A DNA stretch of 63,944 bases, counting the filler, from Octopus bimaculoides (lineage: Eukaryota): NCBI RefSeq assembly GCF_001194135.2. It is 5 parts of 4 records of this genome, joined end to end, with 100 filler letters (N's around TTAATTAATTAA, not from the genome) between each part and the next. Parts side by side here need not be neighbours in the genome. Positions count along the whole stretch, not along the records: positions 12,533 to 39,989 come from NC_068989.1; 4 more parts are not named here. One strand, written 5' to 3'. Each line of letters opens with the position of its first letter. Positions within the stretch are counted from its first letter, which is position 1. A model generated the notes under the pieces. The model had not been told where the DNA came from. It did no database searches and worked only from the letters and a program-made list of their open reading frames with translations. Shown one piece after another: positions 24,891 to 35,684 of the stretch. A program made the translations under genes and the position numbers.

Positions 24891-24895
<5 letters not shown>
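24767..24895 (+). mobile_element. SINE B 5' part
   Basis: GTGGTAAGAAGTTCGCTTCCCAACC...GTCTTCTACTA...GACCAAAGCCTTGTGAG. Confidence 0.8.
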
Positions 24896-24932
<37 letters not shown>

Positions 24933-24988
24933 GTTGACTGAACACTATTCAATTTTTTTTCTCCGTGTTTTTCTCCTTGTCTCCGTAT

Positions 24989-25025
24989 TCTTTCTGTTGA
25001 AGAGCGTAGCTCGAAACGTCAAAGA
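24989..25025 (+). ncRNA. Minimal hammerhead-like motif with variant core CUGUUGA, inside repeat 24937-25110
   Basis: TCTTT/AAAGA stem I; CTGTTGA plus an extra A; GAGC-GTA-GCTC stem II; GAAA; palindromic ACGT stem III; UC site 25019-20. Confidence 0.5.
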
Positions 25026-26237
25026 CTTTCCGTATTCCCGAGCGTCATACTAATATATACTTTTGTTATTTACACCACCTGCCCTCGTCTGTTGTTATTA
25101 TTTGTATATTCTCCCATATATATACATATACATACATATANNNNNNNNNNNNNNNNNNNNNNNNNNNNNNNNNNNNNNNNNNNNNNNNNNNNNNNNNNNN
25201 NNNNNNNNNNNNNNNNNNNNNNNNNNNNNNNNNNNNNNNNNNNNNNNNNNNNNNNNNNNNNNNNNNNNNNNNNNNNNNNNNNNNNNNNNNNNNNNNNNNN
25301 NNNNNNNNNNNNNNNNNNNNNNNNNNNNNNNNNNNNNNNNNNNNNNNNNNNNNNNNNNNNNNNNNNTACAAAATGGGACAAGAACGCAAAACATCCAGAT
25401 AGTTAGGTGATACAAAAAAGGGGCAACAAAACATCCAGATACACGATACAAAGAAAACAAGGACAGATCATTCGGAGTTTTCTTTCTTCAGTCGAGTTCC
25501 AGATTATCTTGGTAGTTTCGGCTGGTTATACTCGAGATTGCTCCAATCTGGCCAGCCACAAGGAAAACTAAGCTAAGGGCATTAGATTCCATGGAAGAAT
25601 GTATACGAAAACAAGGACGGAAAAAAAACGGAGAATGTTACACAAATACAAATAACAGGACATAACAACAGGTGTCTTTCGACTAAGGACGGATTAAATT
25701 AAGCTGGCGTGTGTGGAAATAAAGCCTTACTGCAGAGATACAAGAGATACAAGATTTTACAGGCACAGGGAGGAATATAGATGTTGCACAGACGACGGCC
25801 GAATCAAGGAAGAAAGATCAGACTTGGCCGAACACCGGTCGCGTGGGGAGAGAAGAGAGAGAGATAGAGGCAGAGGGAAAGAAGAAAAAATGACAGGGAC
25901 ATAGTGAAGTGAAAAGAGGAGGGAAAGTGAGCAAGAAGAGAAGGCAGGGAAATGTGAGAGAAGGGGAACGAAAGAACGAAGAGAGGAATGAACGAATAAG
26001 CGTGAAAGGGCTGATAGAAAGAAAGAATAGAGTCGTACAAGACTTAGATAAATATATACATACATATAAGAGACCAAAGTGTATATATATAATATTTTGG
26101 ACTAATGGGTATATGACGATTAGTGCGTTGAAGTGTTTGGTAGAGCACTGGCACCGTTTGGGCTACCTGGTTGTTATCCGCAGGCGGGGAATATTTCTGT
26201 TGGATCTACTTCAGGAAATCCGCAATGTTAGTTAAGG

Positions 26238-26416
26238 TAATGATAATTTATTAAGCAACCAGAAGGTGGATTTGGTCTTAATTTTGTACAACGGTCGTTT
26301 TGACCCATCTTGGTACTGATCCTAAGTAACAGTAGCAGGATGGGTCGAAACGACCGTTGTACAAAATAAAGATTAATACAAAATCCATCTTCTGGTTACT
26401 TAAGAAATTATCATTA
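26238..26416. repeat. Fold-back / MITE-like inverted repeat (about 180 bp)
   Basis: TAATGATAATTT..AACCAGAAG.TGGATTT and TTTTGTACAACGGTCGTTT.GACCCATC are mirrored by GATGGGTCGAAACGACCGTTGTACAAAA and AAATCCA.CTTCTGGTT..AAATTATCATTA. Confidence 0.9.
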
Positions 26417-27246
26417 TGTATATATAGATATATATATATATATATATATANNNNNNNNNNNNNNNNNNNNNNNNNNNNNNNNNNNNNNNNNNNNNNNNNN
26501 NNNNNNNNNNNNNNNNNNNNNNNNNNNNNNNNNNNNNNNNNNNNNNNNNNNNNNNNNNNNNNNNNNNNNNNNNNNNNNNNNNNNNNNNNNNNNNNNNNNN
26601 NNNNNNNNNNNNNNNNNNNNNNNNNNNNNNNNNNNNNNNNNNNNNNNNNNNNNNNNNNNNNNNNNNNNNNNNNNNNNNNNNNNNNNNNNNNNNNNNNNNN
26701 NNNNNNNNNNNNNNNNNNNNNNNNNNNNNNNNNNNNNNNNNNNNNNNNNNNNNNNNNNNNNNNNNNNNNNNNNNNNNNNNNNNNNNNNNNNNNNNNNNNN
26801 NNNNNNNNNNNNNNNNNNNNNNNNNNNNNNNNNNNNNNNNNNNNNNNNNNNNNNNNNNNNNNNNNNNNNNNNNNNNNNNNNNNNNNNNNNNNNNNNNNNN
26901 NNNNNNNNNNNNNNNNNNNNNNNNNNNNNNNNNNNNNNNNNNNNNNNNNNNNNNNNNNNNNNNNNNNNNNNNNNNNNNNNNNNNNNNNNNNNNNNNNNNN
27001 NNNNNNNNNNNNNNNNNNNNNNNNNNNNNNNNNNNNNNNNNNNNNNNNNNNNNNNNNNNNNNNNNNNNNNNNNNNNNNNNNNNNNNNNNNNNNNNNNNNN
27101 NNNNNNNNNNNNNNNNNNNNNNNNNNNNNNNNNNNNNNNNNNNNNNNNNNNNNNNNNNNNNNNNNNNNNNNNNNNNNNNNNNNNNNNNNNNNNNNNNNNN
27201 NNNNNNNNNNNNNNNNNNNNNNNNNNNNNNNNNNNNNNNNNNNNNN

Positions 27247-27305
<59 letters not shown>

Positions 27306-28577
27306 CTGATACATATATTCTCAGTCAACGATAACTTTATCCTTCATGCCATATTAAATACTCGGTTCGTTTTCCCACGCTTATTATATAATATTACTGT
27401 TTAAAACTATGAAATTATAAAGCATTATATTTGTATAAACACTACATGAATAAATATAGTTCACAGTAACATCAATAATAATGTCACCGGGTACATGTGT
27501 CCTCAACAATTATATTATGAATTATGTCATTAAGTAGATTTATTCTTAACAAATACTGCACATATCCTTTCTCTTCTGTATCAGTAACAAAAAAAAATTG
27601 TGAATGTAAACGTACAAATCAACCATTTAGAATTATTGCTCTGAACTGCGTTGTTTAACTTCAACTTATTTCTGTTAATTCATTTGTTCTAAAAATATAT
27701 AATTCACCAATATAGCTTACAATATCCAATTCCTTCTAACCACGGATTCCGTTGGCCGTTTCTACTCTACAAGATGTTGTTAATCATCTCAGATGCGGCA
27801 CAAAGAGAACAAAAAGAGAGGATTTTTTTAGAAATATATAAAAGATCAATAATCACCCTTCGATCGTTTCTGCATTGAATTTACCAGCTTTGAATTATTT
27901 TCTGTAGAGATATTTCCGGATTTAGCGCGCCAAAACTAAGACTTTTGAATATTACTCTTTATAATTAATAGAACCCCGTGCACATGTTTTCATTTGTTGG
28001 AGACAACTAGCACGAGGTTCTGTTGGATTATAATCGTTATGGCAGTCTGTACTGAGGAGAAACAGATACTTTCGTTAAGAAAGTGTTGATTGTGAAACCA
28101 TGGTCTACAGATAACCTAGGTATTTATAATTTTCACTAGTCTCGCCCATCTGTTTTCGCTTCGTTGAATTTTCTTTGAGAATTTTTAAGTGATCTTCTTC
28201 TAGCACATTAGCAGTTCATTTAGTGGTCTCTTTTATATATACATATACTATAATCCTTTTGAGATCTCAGAAAAAATTTTCTGAATTTCCTGATTCTTTT
28301 AATGTGCGGGTTTCCTGGTATTAACTTGATATTAATTAATATCAATTTTTTACCCTATGTATATATGTATATATATAAGGTTAAGGAGGGTATTGGATTT
28401 AATCAAACCCAAAGATACAGGTAATACCGAGTAAGTGCTGTATACCGGCTAGTTATGCTCCAATCGTTGTATAAACATGATTGGGGATTATAAGTCGTGT
28501 ATTAGCGTGTGTATGTATAAATAGAGAAAAGGATAAAGAGAACAATGGTAAAGTTAGAAATATATTTTATGGATAGA

Positions 28578-28626
28578 GTCTTACAGCTGTTTCAGGGAAG
28601 ATCCAATACATCCCTTCATCGGAGAC
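28578..28626 (-). ncRNA. Mirror copy of the 28705-28753 hammerhead-like motif
   Basis: Consequence of the perfect palindrome. Confidence 0.6.
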
Positions 28627-28704
28627 AGAAATAGTAGAGGAATCGATTATTATATCTATAACTCTCCGCTTATAGATATAATAATCGATTCCTCTACTAT
28701 TTCT

Positions 28705-28753
28705 GTCTCCGATGAAGGGATGTATTGGATCTTCCCTGAAACAGCTGTAAGAC
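28705..28753 (+). ncRNA. Minimal type I hammerhead-like motif (core CCGAUGA)
   Basis: GTCT/AGAC stem I; CCGATGA 28709-15; AGGGA/TCCCT stem II; GAAA 28738-41; palindromic CAGCTG; UA 28748-49. Confidence 0.65.
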
Positions 28754-29084
28754 TCTATCCATAAAATATATTTCTAACTTTACCATTGTTCTCTTTATCC
28801 TTTTCTCTATTTATACATACACACGCTAATACACGACTTATAATNNNNNNNNNNNNNNNNNNNNNNNNNNNNNNNNNNNNNNNNNNNNNNNNNNNNNNNN
28901 NNNNNNNNNNNNNNNNNNNNNNNNNNNNNNNNNNNNNNNNNNNNNNNNNNNNNNNNNNNNNNNNNNNNNNNNNNNNNNNNNNNNNNNNNNNNNNNNNNNN
29001 NNNNNNNNNNNNNNNNNNNNNNNNNNNNNNNNNNNNNNNNNNNNNNNNNNNNNNNNNNNNNNNNNNNNNNNNNNNNNNNNNNNN

Positions 29085-29115
<31 letters not shown>

Positions 29116-29163
29116 GTATGAGAAGTGGGTATGTTTGGTGGAGTGTAGAGTTGTTATATTTTA

Positions 29164-29195
29164 CATTAACTATTTCTTTTTATTTTATTTTACAG
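29164..29195 (+). promoter_or_regulatory. Candidate 3' splice acceptor in the 5' UTR of receptor copy B
   Basis: CATTAAC branch-like motif, U-rich tract, then TTTACAG| at 29195, 280 nt upstream of the ATG. Confidence 0.4.
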
Positions 29196-29474
29196 ATACC
29201 GGTGGAAAGTTCCAAGTCTATAAATGCAACTAACAGATTAGAAAAAAAAACTCATTAATAAATCAATCTTGAATACCTAACATACGATATTTAATATTGA
29301 TATTTTCTTTTCCTGTGAAGCTTAACGGAAGCGTAAATTCTTTGGTCCACAAGATTAATGGAAATTCAAACATGCTAAAATATTTTATTGAGAATTCAAG
29401 CGTAATACTATATGTGAAGCTATAAATATAAATATATACTTTGTTATCTATTAGACTGTTTTAGAACTTTTAAA

Positions 29475-31478
29475 ATGGAAATTCTTATACTTTTCATGGT
29501 TATGCTTTCTTTTTCAAATCTTACATCACCACAAATACTAACATACTCCCATGACGGAAGTTTTATTTCCTGTCCCCCAGCCTTATGTTTTGATACAGCT
29601 GAAAATAATCATAAGCGTTGTTCGTGTCGTCAGGATTGTAACCTCTTTAATGAATGTTGTATCGACATGATTAATAATACCAATTTTGATCACAAATATC
29701 ACCCTTATCCATCAATATATTATAGTTGTAGATACGTTGATTATTTTCATTATAGTGTATATCAGTTCGATCGATGTCCACTTAACCATGATGTCATGGA
29801 GTATGTAAACAGCTGTGAAAATCCTGACTCAAATGATCAACTGCAAAACACACTTGCGTTTGGAAAAACAAGTAAAATACTCTATAGAAACTTATATTGT
29901 GCTCTGTGTCATGGTGAGAAATTCATTTTATGTAATATTTTATATCAATGTGATTTAAGATCAAATGTAAGCTTCGAAAATATATCAAATTATGTGGAAG
30001 ATGGAAGTTGCTTTGCAACTGTGAAACCACCTTCAGAAGATTTGAAGAAATATATATATTCTTGTACTGAATACGTTGCGAATTGTGATCAAGATAACAA
30101 TAATACGAAACAGAGAATTAAATGTGAATCTAAGCCAATGGCGTTAGTATATTCTGGAAATAGCGTATTTAGAAACATTCATTGTGCTACATGTAATGGG
30201 CTTGATGAAATCGTTGATTACTGTGCATTTGAAGACTTTTCTTTTGGCGCCCAATCGACGCCTTCCTTAACTATCCTTTTTAATTACCATACCAATTCTC
30301 TGGTAATAAATGATAACCGCCATAATCGAAATTCTGTCATGCAGTTTACCTCTTGTCCAAAACATGCTGTCTACGATATGAATACTAAGGAATGTCGACA
30401 AGTTATCTACCATCCTCAGCTAAATTGTACTACAACAACATTAAATGAATCTGAGTATCATATCACAAGTGATGGTCTCCTGTACATAAATAATACCCAA
30501 CGTTTGCTCAACCAATCAGAATTCAGTCAAGATTCTCAAGGTATAATAAGTATATGTGTAAAGAATAGTACCACTGTAATACCAAAGTATTCTACTGCTG
30601 AACGTTATATCACATATGTGGGATTAATTATCTCTATTCCGGCTCTAGCAATCACTATCATAGTCTACCTTTGTATACCTGATCTTCGTACCTTACCAGG
30701 TAAATTGCTCGTCAGTCTTTTATCAGCACTGTTTGTAGCTGAGCTTCTCTTTCTTATCTCATCACAAGTCACTACATTTACAGTGCTGTGTACATCTTTA
30801 GCTATTATCATGCATTATTCCTTTCTTGCGACTTTCTTCTGGATGAATGTCATGTCTTTTGATGCCTGGCACACTTTCTCAGGACTTACACAACTTCGAA
30901 GTAAAGGAAAAGGTACCAAAAGATTTGTCTTGTATTCCTTGTATGCTTGGACCTGTCCACTTGTAATAGTAACAGTATCACTGATATTTGAGTATATTCC
31001 TGGAAATCATGGACTTTCTCCAGACTATGGAAATGGTATTTGTTGGATTACAAACGGAAAAAGTTTGCTGTGGCTCTTTGCAATACCTGTAATAATTATA
31101 TTATGTCTTAATATATTGGCATTTATCCTCACCGCTAGAGGGCTGCATTTGGCCAAGAAACTTTCTTCGAAATATTTATCTAAACACAATAAAACTTTGT
31201 CCTTCATTTATATAAAATTAAGTTTCATCATGGGTTTAACATGGATATTCGCTTTCTTGTACACATTTACGAAAATTGAGGAATTTTCCCTGTTATTTTG
31301 TATTTTAAACTCATTCATAGGATTATTTATATGTTTGTCATTTCTATTAACAAAGATTGTCTGTCGTAATTTCCTTAAACAGCTGCAGAAGATTCCTAAG
31401 TTCTCTGCTATCATTCACACCGATATTTCTTCAACTTCTAAAACACAAGTAACAGATATGAGTGTTTCACATAACTAA
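29475..31478 (+). CDS. Family-B (Methuselah/adhesion-like) 7TM receptor, copy B, 667 aa, uninterrupted ORF
   Basis: Hydrophobic signal peptide; somatomedin-B-like CSCRQDCNLFNECC; two (Y/F)RNxxCAxC motifs; N-glycosylation sequons; seven hydrophobic segments starting at YITYVGLIISIPALAITIIVYL; LRTLPGK; HYSFLATFFWMNVMSFDAWHTF; CWI in ECL2; MGLTWIF. Confidence 0.93.
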   Translation: MEILILFMVMLSFSNLTSPQILTYSHDGSFISCPPALCFDTAENNHKRCSCRQDCNLFNECCIDMINNTNFDHKYHPYPSIYYSCRYVDYFHYSVYQFDRCPLNHDVMEYVNSCENPDSNDQLQNTLAFGKTSKILYRNLYCALCHGEKFILCNILYQCDLRSNVSFENISNYVEDGSCFATVKPPSEDLKKYIYSCTEYVANCDQDNNNTKQRIKCESKPMALVYSGNSVFRNIHCATCNGLDEIVDYCAFEDFSFGAQSTPSLTILFNYHTNSLVINDNRHNRNSVMQFTSCPKHAVYDMNTKECRQVIYHPQLNCTTTTLNESEYHITSDGLLYINNTQRLLNQSEFSQDSQGIISICVKNSTTVIPKYSTAERYITYVGLIISIPALAITIIVYLCIPDLRTLPGKLLVSLLSALFVAELLFLISSQVTTFTVLCTSLAIIMHYSFLATFFWMNVMSFDAWHTFSGLTQLRSKGKGTKRFVLYSLYAWTCPLVIVTVSLIFEYIPGNHGLSPDYGNGICWITNGKSLLWLFAIPVIIILCLNILAFILTARGLHLAKKLSSKYLSKHNKTLSFIYIKLSFIMGLTWIFAFLYTFTKIEEFSLLFCILNSFIGLFICLSFLLTKIVCRNFLKQLQKIPKFSAIIHTDISSTSKTQVTDMSVSHN

Positions 31479-32624
31479 CATTACCAAGTAGTCCATGCAA
31501 AAAACCCATGTTAATAATTCTTATCATGACTTTACGCTACTGAAGTTATTTGGAAAGACGTGAATTTACTAACTATATTAATTTAACCGTTCTTGAAATC
31601 AGGTTTTTGTACCTACTCAAGACAAGTCAATAGTCATACCAATGACCTCATCTGTTTTGCAAACCTCCGTATAGTGTTTCATTTCCAATCTCTATTTCAA
31701 GCTATAATTTTTTTTTATGTACGAAAATAACACACAGGAATTAACATCAACAGAGAAACGTCCTTTAACCTATTTCTACCTAAATTACAAAACATTAGTG
31801 CTGATATCATTAGGAAAATAATATTAGCAATCGTCATCTCGAAACGTCGTTACCACACTATGAATTAATATAGCTTTTGCTAAACTCTCTAAAATTATAT
31901 TATAGACCTAATCAATGTATACTGCGTAAAGTCTCTTATTATTTTACACAATGCTACTTTCATGAAAATTTGTAAGTCAACATATTTACATTTCATATTA
32001 AGAACAACTTTGCCAATATATTTTACGCGTGCTCACAAACGCAATATGTAACCTAATATTTGTTAGCTAATTATGACGAAAATAAAAAAAATGTCCCAGA
32101 AAATTTATTTAAACTTATCTGTATTCTGTGATTTCTATTTATTATTCACAGAATAATATTTCTTATATTAAAACATAAACTGTTTTGCCGAAGGGTCTTC
32201 AACACAGGATCGGCCTAATACTGAATAACAATGTTTTAGGATCTTAAGAACATTATACTTCGTTTTATGAAAATCATTGATTTCCGATTACATTATTAAT
32301 GATTATTTTTATCATATCAGATTACCCGAAATGATAATACAAAAATGTATATATAACAGAAATAATTTAATATAATGCTTAATTATTTACATATATTGTT
32401 TTTATTCTCAGCGCATGTTTTATTTGGAGTTCTTTTTATTTCAAACAGCAAACTTGGGCCGACTAGTTTCTATCCAACCAATGTTGACATGTAAGCCTGC
32501 TCCATTTCACACTTTGAAAGACACGTTGAAATATTTTATACTACCACAGAGACCAGCACCGGATTCCTGCTTAATTTCTCATGTGTGAATGTCAATTATA
32601 TATGTCATTATTCAACCTAAACAA

Positions 32625-32832
32625 GACGAGGAGCTAACAAATATATTAGATTTCGCTAAACACTTCATTGCAATATTTGTTTCGGTTAAGTTCAAATCTG
32701 ACTGAGATCATCCTTGCATTTCAGCCCTCCTGAGTCGACTGGATTGAGTACCCACTAATTCTTGAGGCTGATATAATCAACTAAAACAGTCCTCAGAAAT
32801 AACTTGCCCTGTCTGTAAATTAGAAACCAATA
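32625..32832 (+). mobile_element. Old, degenerate SINE A-like copy
   Basis: GAGGAGCTAACA...AAGTTCAAATCT...TTGCATTTCAGCC...GAGTCGAC...AATTAGAAAC. Confidence 0.5.
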
Positions 32833-33590
32833 CTCAACTGAAATAGTTACTTCCCTTTAACTGGATATTTATTCCTTAAACTCTCATTTTGATCAAAGTG
32901 TCTTCAATAGAATTTCTCCATATTTTACAATATTTTAATAATAACGTCTTATAGTTTCTCGTAGGCTTCAAAACTTAGCTCCTAAAAATATGGATCTATG
33001 TTACTCCTCTACATCATATTACTTTCTAAACTATTTTTGTTTCCTTCTGAAAACGTGTAAAACCATCGTTAATTTTTCTTTTTCTTCGCTTTTTCCTCAC
33101 ACCTTATTTCTTCTGAAATGAAGCCATCCTAGTCAAAATAGCTCTAGTACTCTTTCTAAATTCTTACATTTGATGTACTTCACATCTACTCACCTCTACG
33201 CTGCTATGAAAATATAATTTTGTTTCATAGTTTATATTACTCAATCTGGCCTACTTGTTTTCAACAGTGTCATATTTCTTCAAATTTTTATCGCCTTCTA
33301 AATATTCTCTTCATATTCAATAAGTTCTTTTCTTTCCACCATGTTTGATAAGCACTCCCACTTTGTATGCTTTCGTTTTACCTTATACTTGCCCCTTAAG
33401 GAATTTCCAGCCTTTAGCGTTTTTGTTTTTTTTTCTTTCCATACATGTTTAATGACACATTATCTGTAATGTGTGTTTTTTGTCAAAATTCCTACACTGC
33501 CTTCCCGCCAACCTATACCGTACCAAAAATATGACTCTAGTTTTAGAGTACCCCTACTACTATATATCTATCTTCAAAAATTGTTATTAC

Positions 33591-33827
33591 TAAGGCGGAA
33601 AACTGGCACAATCGTTAGCACATCGGACGATATGTTTAGAGATATTTGGTCCGTCTTCACGTTCAGAGTTCAAATTCCGCCGTGGTCCAATTTGCATTCA
33701 TCCAATTTGCATTCATCCTTTTGAGGTCGATAAATTAAGTACCAGTTGTGTACTGGGGTCGATGTAATCGATTAGCCCTTCCCCAAAAATGTCAGACCTT
33801 GTGCCTTTAGTAGAAAGAATTATTATT
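33591..33827 (+). mobile_element. SINE A with a small internal tandem duplication (CCAATTTGCATTCAT x2)
   Basis: Family motif; tail ATTATTATT at 33819-33827. Confidence 0.9.
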
Positions 33828-35680
33828 TTCATTAGTATCTGTTTCCATTTCTTGTTGAGTATCTTCCTGACACCTAGGGTAGAGAAACGTGCTGTGTATA
33901 CATTGTTGGGCCATTAAAATAAACACACGAGACTGTTCAATTACTAAGTCATGTGATAGAGAAAAGGGAGAAGACAGAGAGAAAATGGAAAAAAATAAAA
34001 AGTAAACAAATAAAATAAAGGGAAGTAGAAAAAATTCGCAGTAACAATTCCGTTCTCAAGACGTATGACGGACCAGTTAAGACAATCTTTTGCACTTCCT
34101 GCATGGATGATAAGTCATGGATCATTTAAAAATAATTTTCAGTTTCTTTTTTTATCATTCCCAGTGCTCCTACATACAACCACTGGTATTGTAACCATCT
34201 TTAGACGCCACTTCTTTACGATTTCGATTACCAAATCTTATATTTTCTGAGACTATCAAATGTTTTTGCCGAAATATTATGGTCACAGGGCATGCTCATG
34301 TCAATCAATAAACAGACTTTATTAAGGCGTCGAGCTGGCAGAAACATTAGCACACCGGGCGGTATTTCGTCTGTCTTTACGCTCTGAGTTCAAATTCAGT
34401 CGAAGTCGACTTTGCCTTTCATCCTTTCCTTTCGGTGTCGATAAATTAAGTACCAATTGCGTATCGGGGTAGATCTAATCGGCTGGCCTCCTCTCCAAAT
34501 CGGGTCTTGTGCCTAGAGTAGAAAAGAATAAACAGACTTTATTGTTTTGGCCTTTCACAACAATATCTAGTTTAATTGTTTTGATGCTCCGGTCTGTACA
34601 TACTGGGAAGTCCCAAAGAATAGTTACATTTTTCCTCAGTTACAGCCTCAAGTTGGTGCCTGTACCATTTGTCAGCAGTTTTGATTTTATAATGACGACA
34701 AACACATTATCCAATGTAGATATTGGCCAACTTTGTCATATCTTGATTCATACTTCTAAAACCTTACACCCAGAGATTAAGTGGTCCACTGTTTCTATCC
34801 CATTGCTACAGATTCTGGGTCTACACCATTTTTCATCCCATTGGCTTGATAGTCCCGGGTCAATAAGGACTGATCTTGGGCAGCCAAAATAAAGTCTTCA
34901 CTCTCTGCCTTTCGCCCTAAGCTCCGTAGCCACTGATGACTGTGCTTCTGGTCTACATCAGCGTGTTTGCTACGGGCCACATATTTGCCATGCAGAGGTT
35001 TGTTGTTCCCACCTATCAGCCAATTATTCAAATGCATTTTGCTTTACTATTGATTTCACCTTCTTTGCAACTACAGTTGCTGCACTTCCATCACGCTGTT
35101 TAACCTGGGTATTTTGCATAAACTCACTTGAAAATGCTTTGCTCTCCTTCATAACAGAATGAAGCTTACTGTCTTTCATGGTTTTCAACGAGCCTTAGCA
35201 TTCAGCCGTTAGATGTTTCAAGATATTTTGCCAGTCCAATTGTAATGGTTTTGTACGAGATTTCAAATTGGATCAAGCCCCGACCTCCTTGAGTTCTAGC
35301 TAGATAAATACAATATGCGTCTGCCATTGGATGGTGCATCTTAGTGCAAGTCAGCAACTTACGGATTTTTCTGTCAATCTTCTTTATTTCGCTCATATTC
35401 AGTTCAACACATTGAAACTATAAATAACAACCGGAACTGCTAAGGAATTTAAAGCTAACGCCTTGTTACGTGCATTTAACTCGGGTTTTATGACTTCTAG
35501 AACTCTCTAATAACATTCCTCCTTCCTCTTTCATACTTGCATGCTGAATTCCAGAGCGCTCATTTATTCCGAGATATTTGTAAGTTTGTTCCTGCTTTAG
35601 TTCTTTTATGACTGTGCCAACATCCAACACCACTGAATGTGAGGTCTTTAATTTCCCTTTCTGGATAGGAGAGAGTTGCT
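33828..35680 (-). mobile_element. 5'-truncated R4/Dong-like RLE LINE (RT C-terminus, CCHC, PD-(D/E)xK endonuclease, 3' UTR), interrupted by SINE A
   Basis: QEQTYKYLGINE; HHPMAD..YLARTQGGRGL; KPLHGKY..WLRS..FILAAQDQSLLTR; ETVDHLISGC; WYRHQ..VTILWDFP..LDIVVK; LIDMSMP; VGALGMIKK; EVQKIVLTG. Several stops and frameshifts. Confidence 0.9.
34324..34526 (+). mobile_element. SINE A inserted in the R4-like LINE
   Basis: 17-bp TSD AATAAACAGACTTTATT at 34307-34323 and 34527-34543. Confidence 0.93.
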
Positions 35681-35684
35681 TCCA

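Larger units (their letters stand above)
28487..28844. repeat. Perfect palindrome: 175-bp arms, 8-nt loop CTCTCCGC
   Basis: Arms 28487-28661 and 28670-28844 read as exact reverse complements by eye. The right arm ends at an N gap. Confidence 0.92.

Noticed and set aside
26310-26365. CTGATCC...GGGTCGAAACGACCGTT as a hammerhead
   Set aside because: Core lacks G8/A9 and stem I is out of register; explained by the fold-back repeat.
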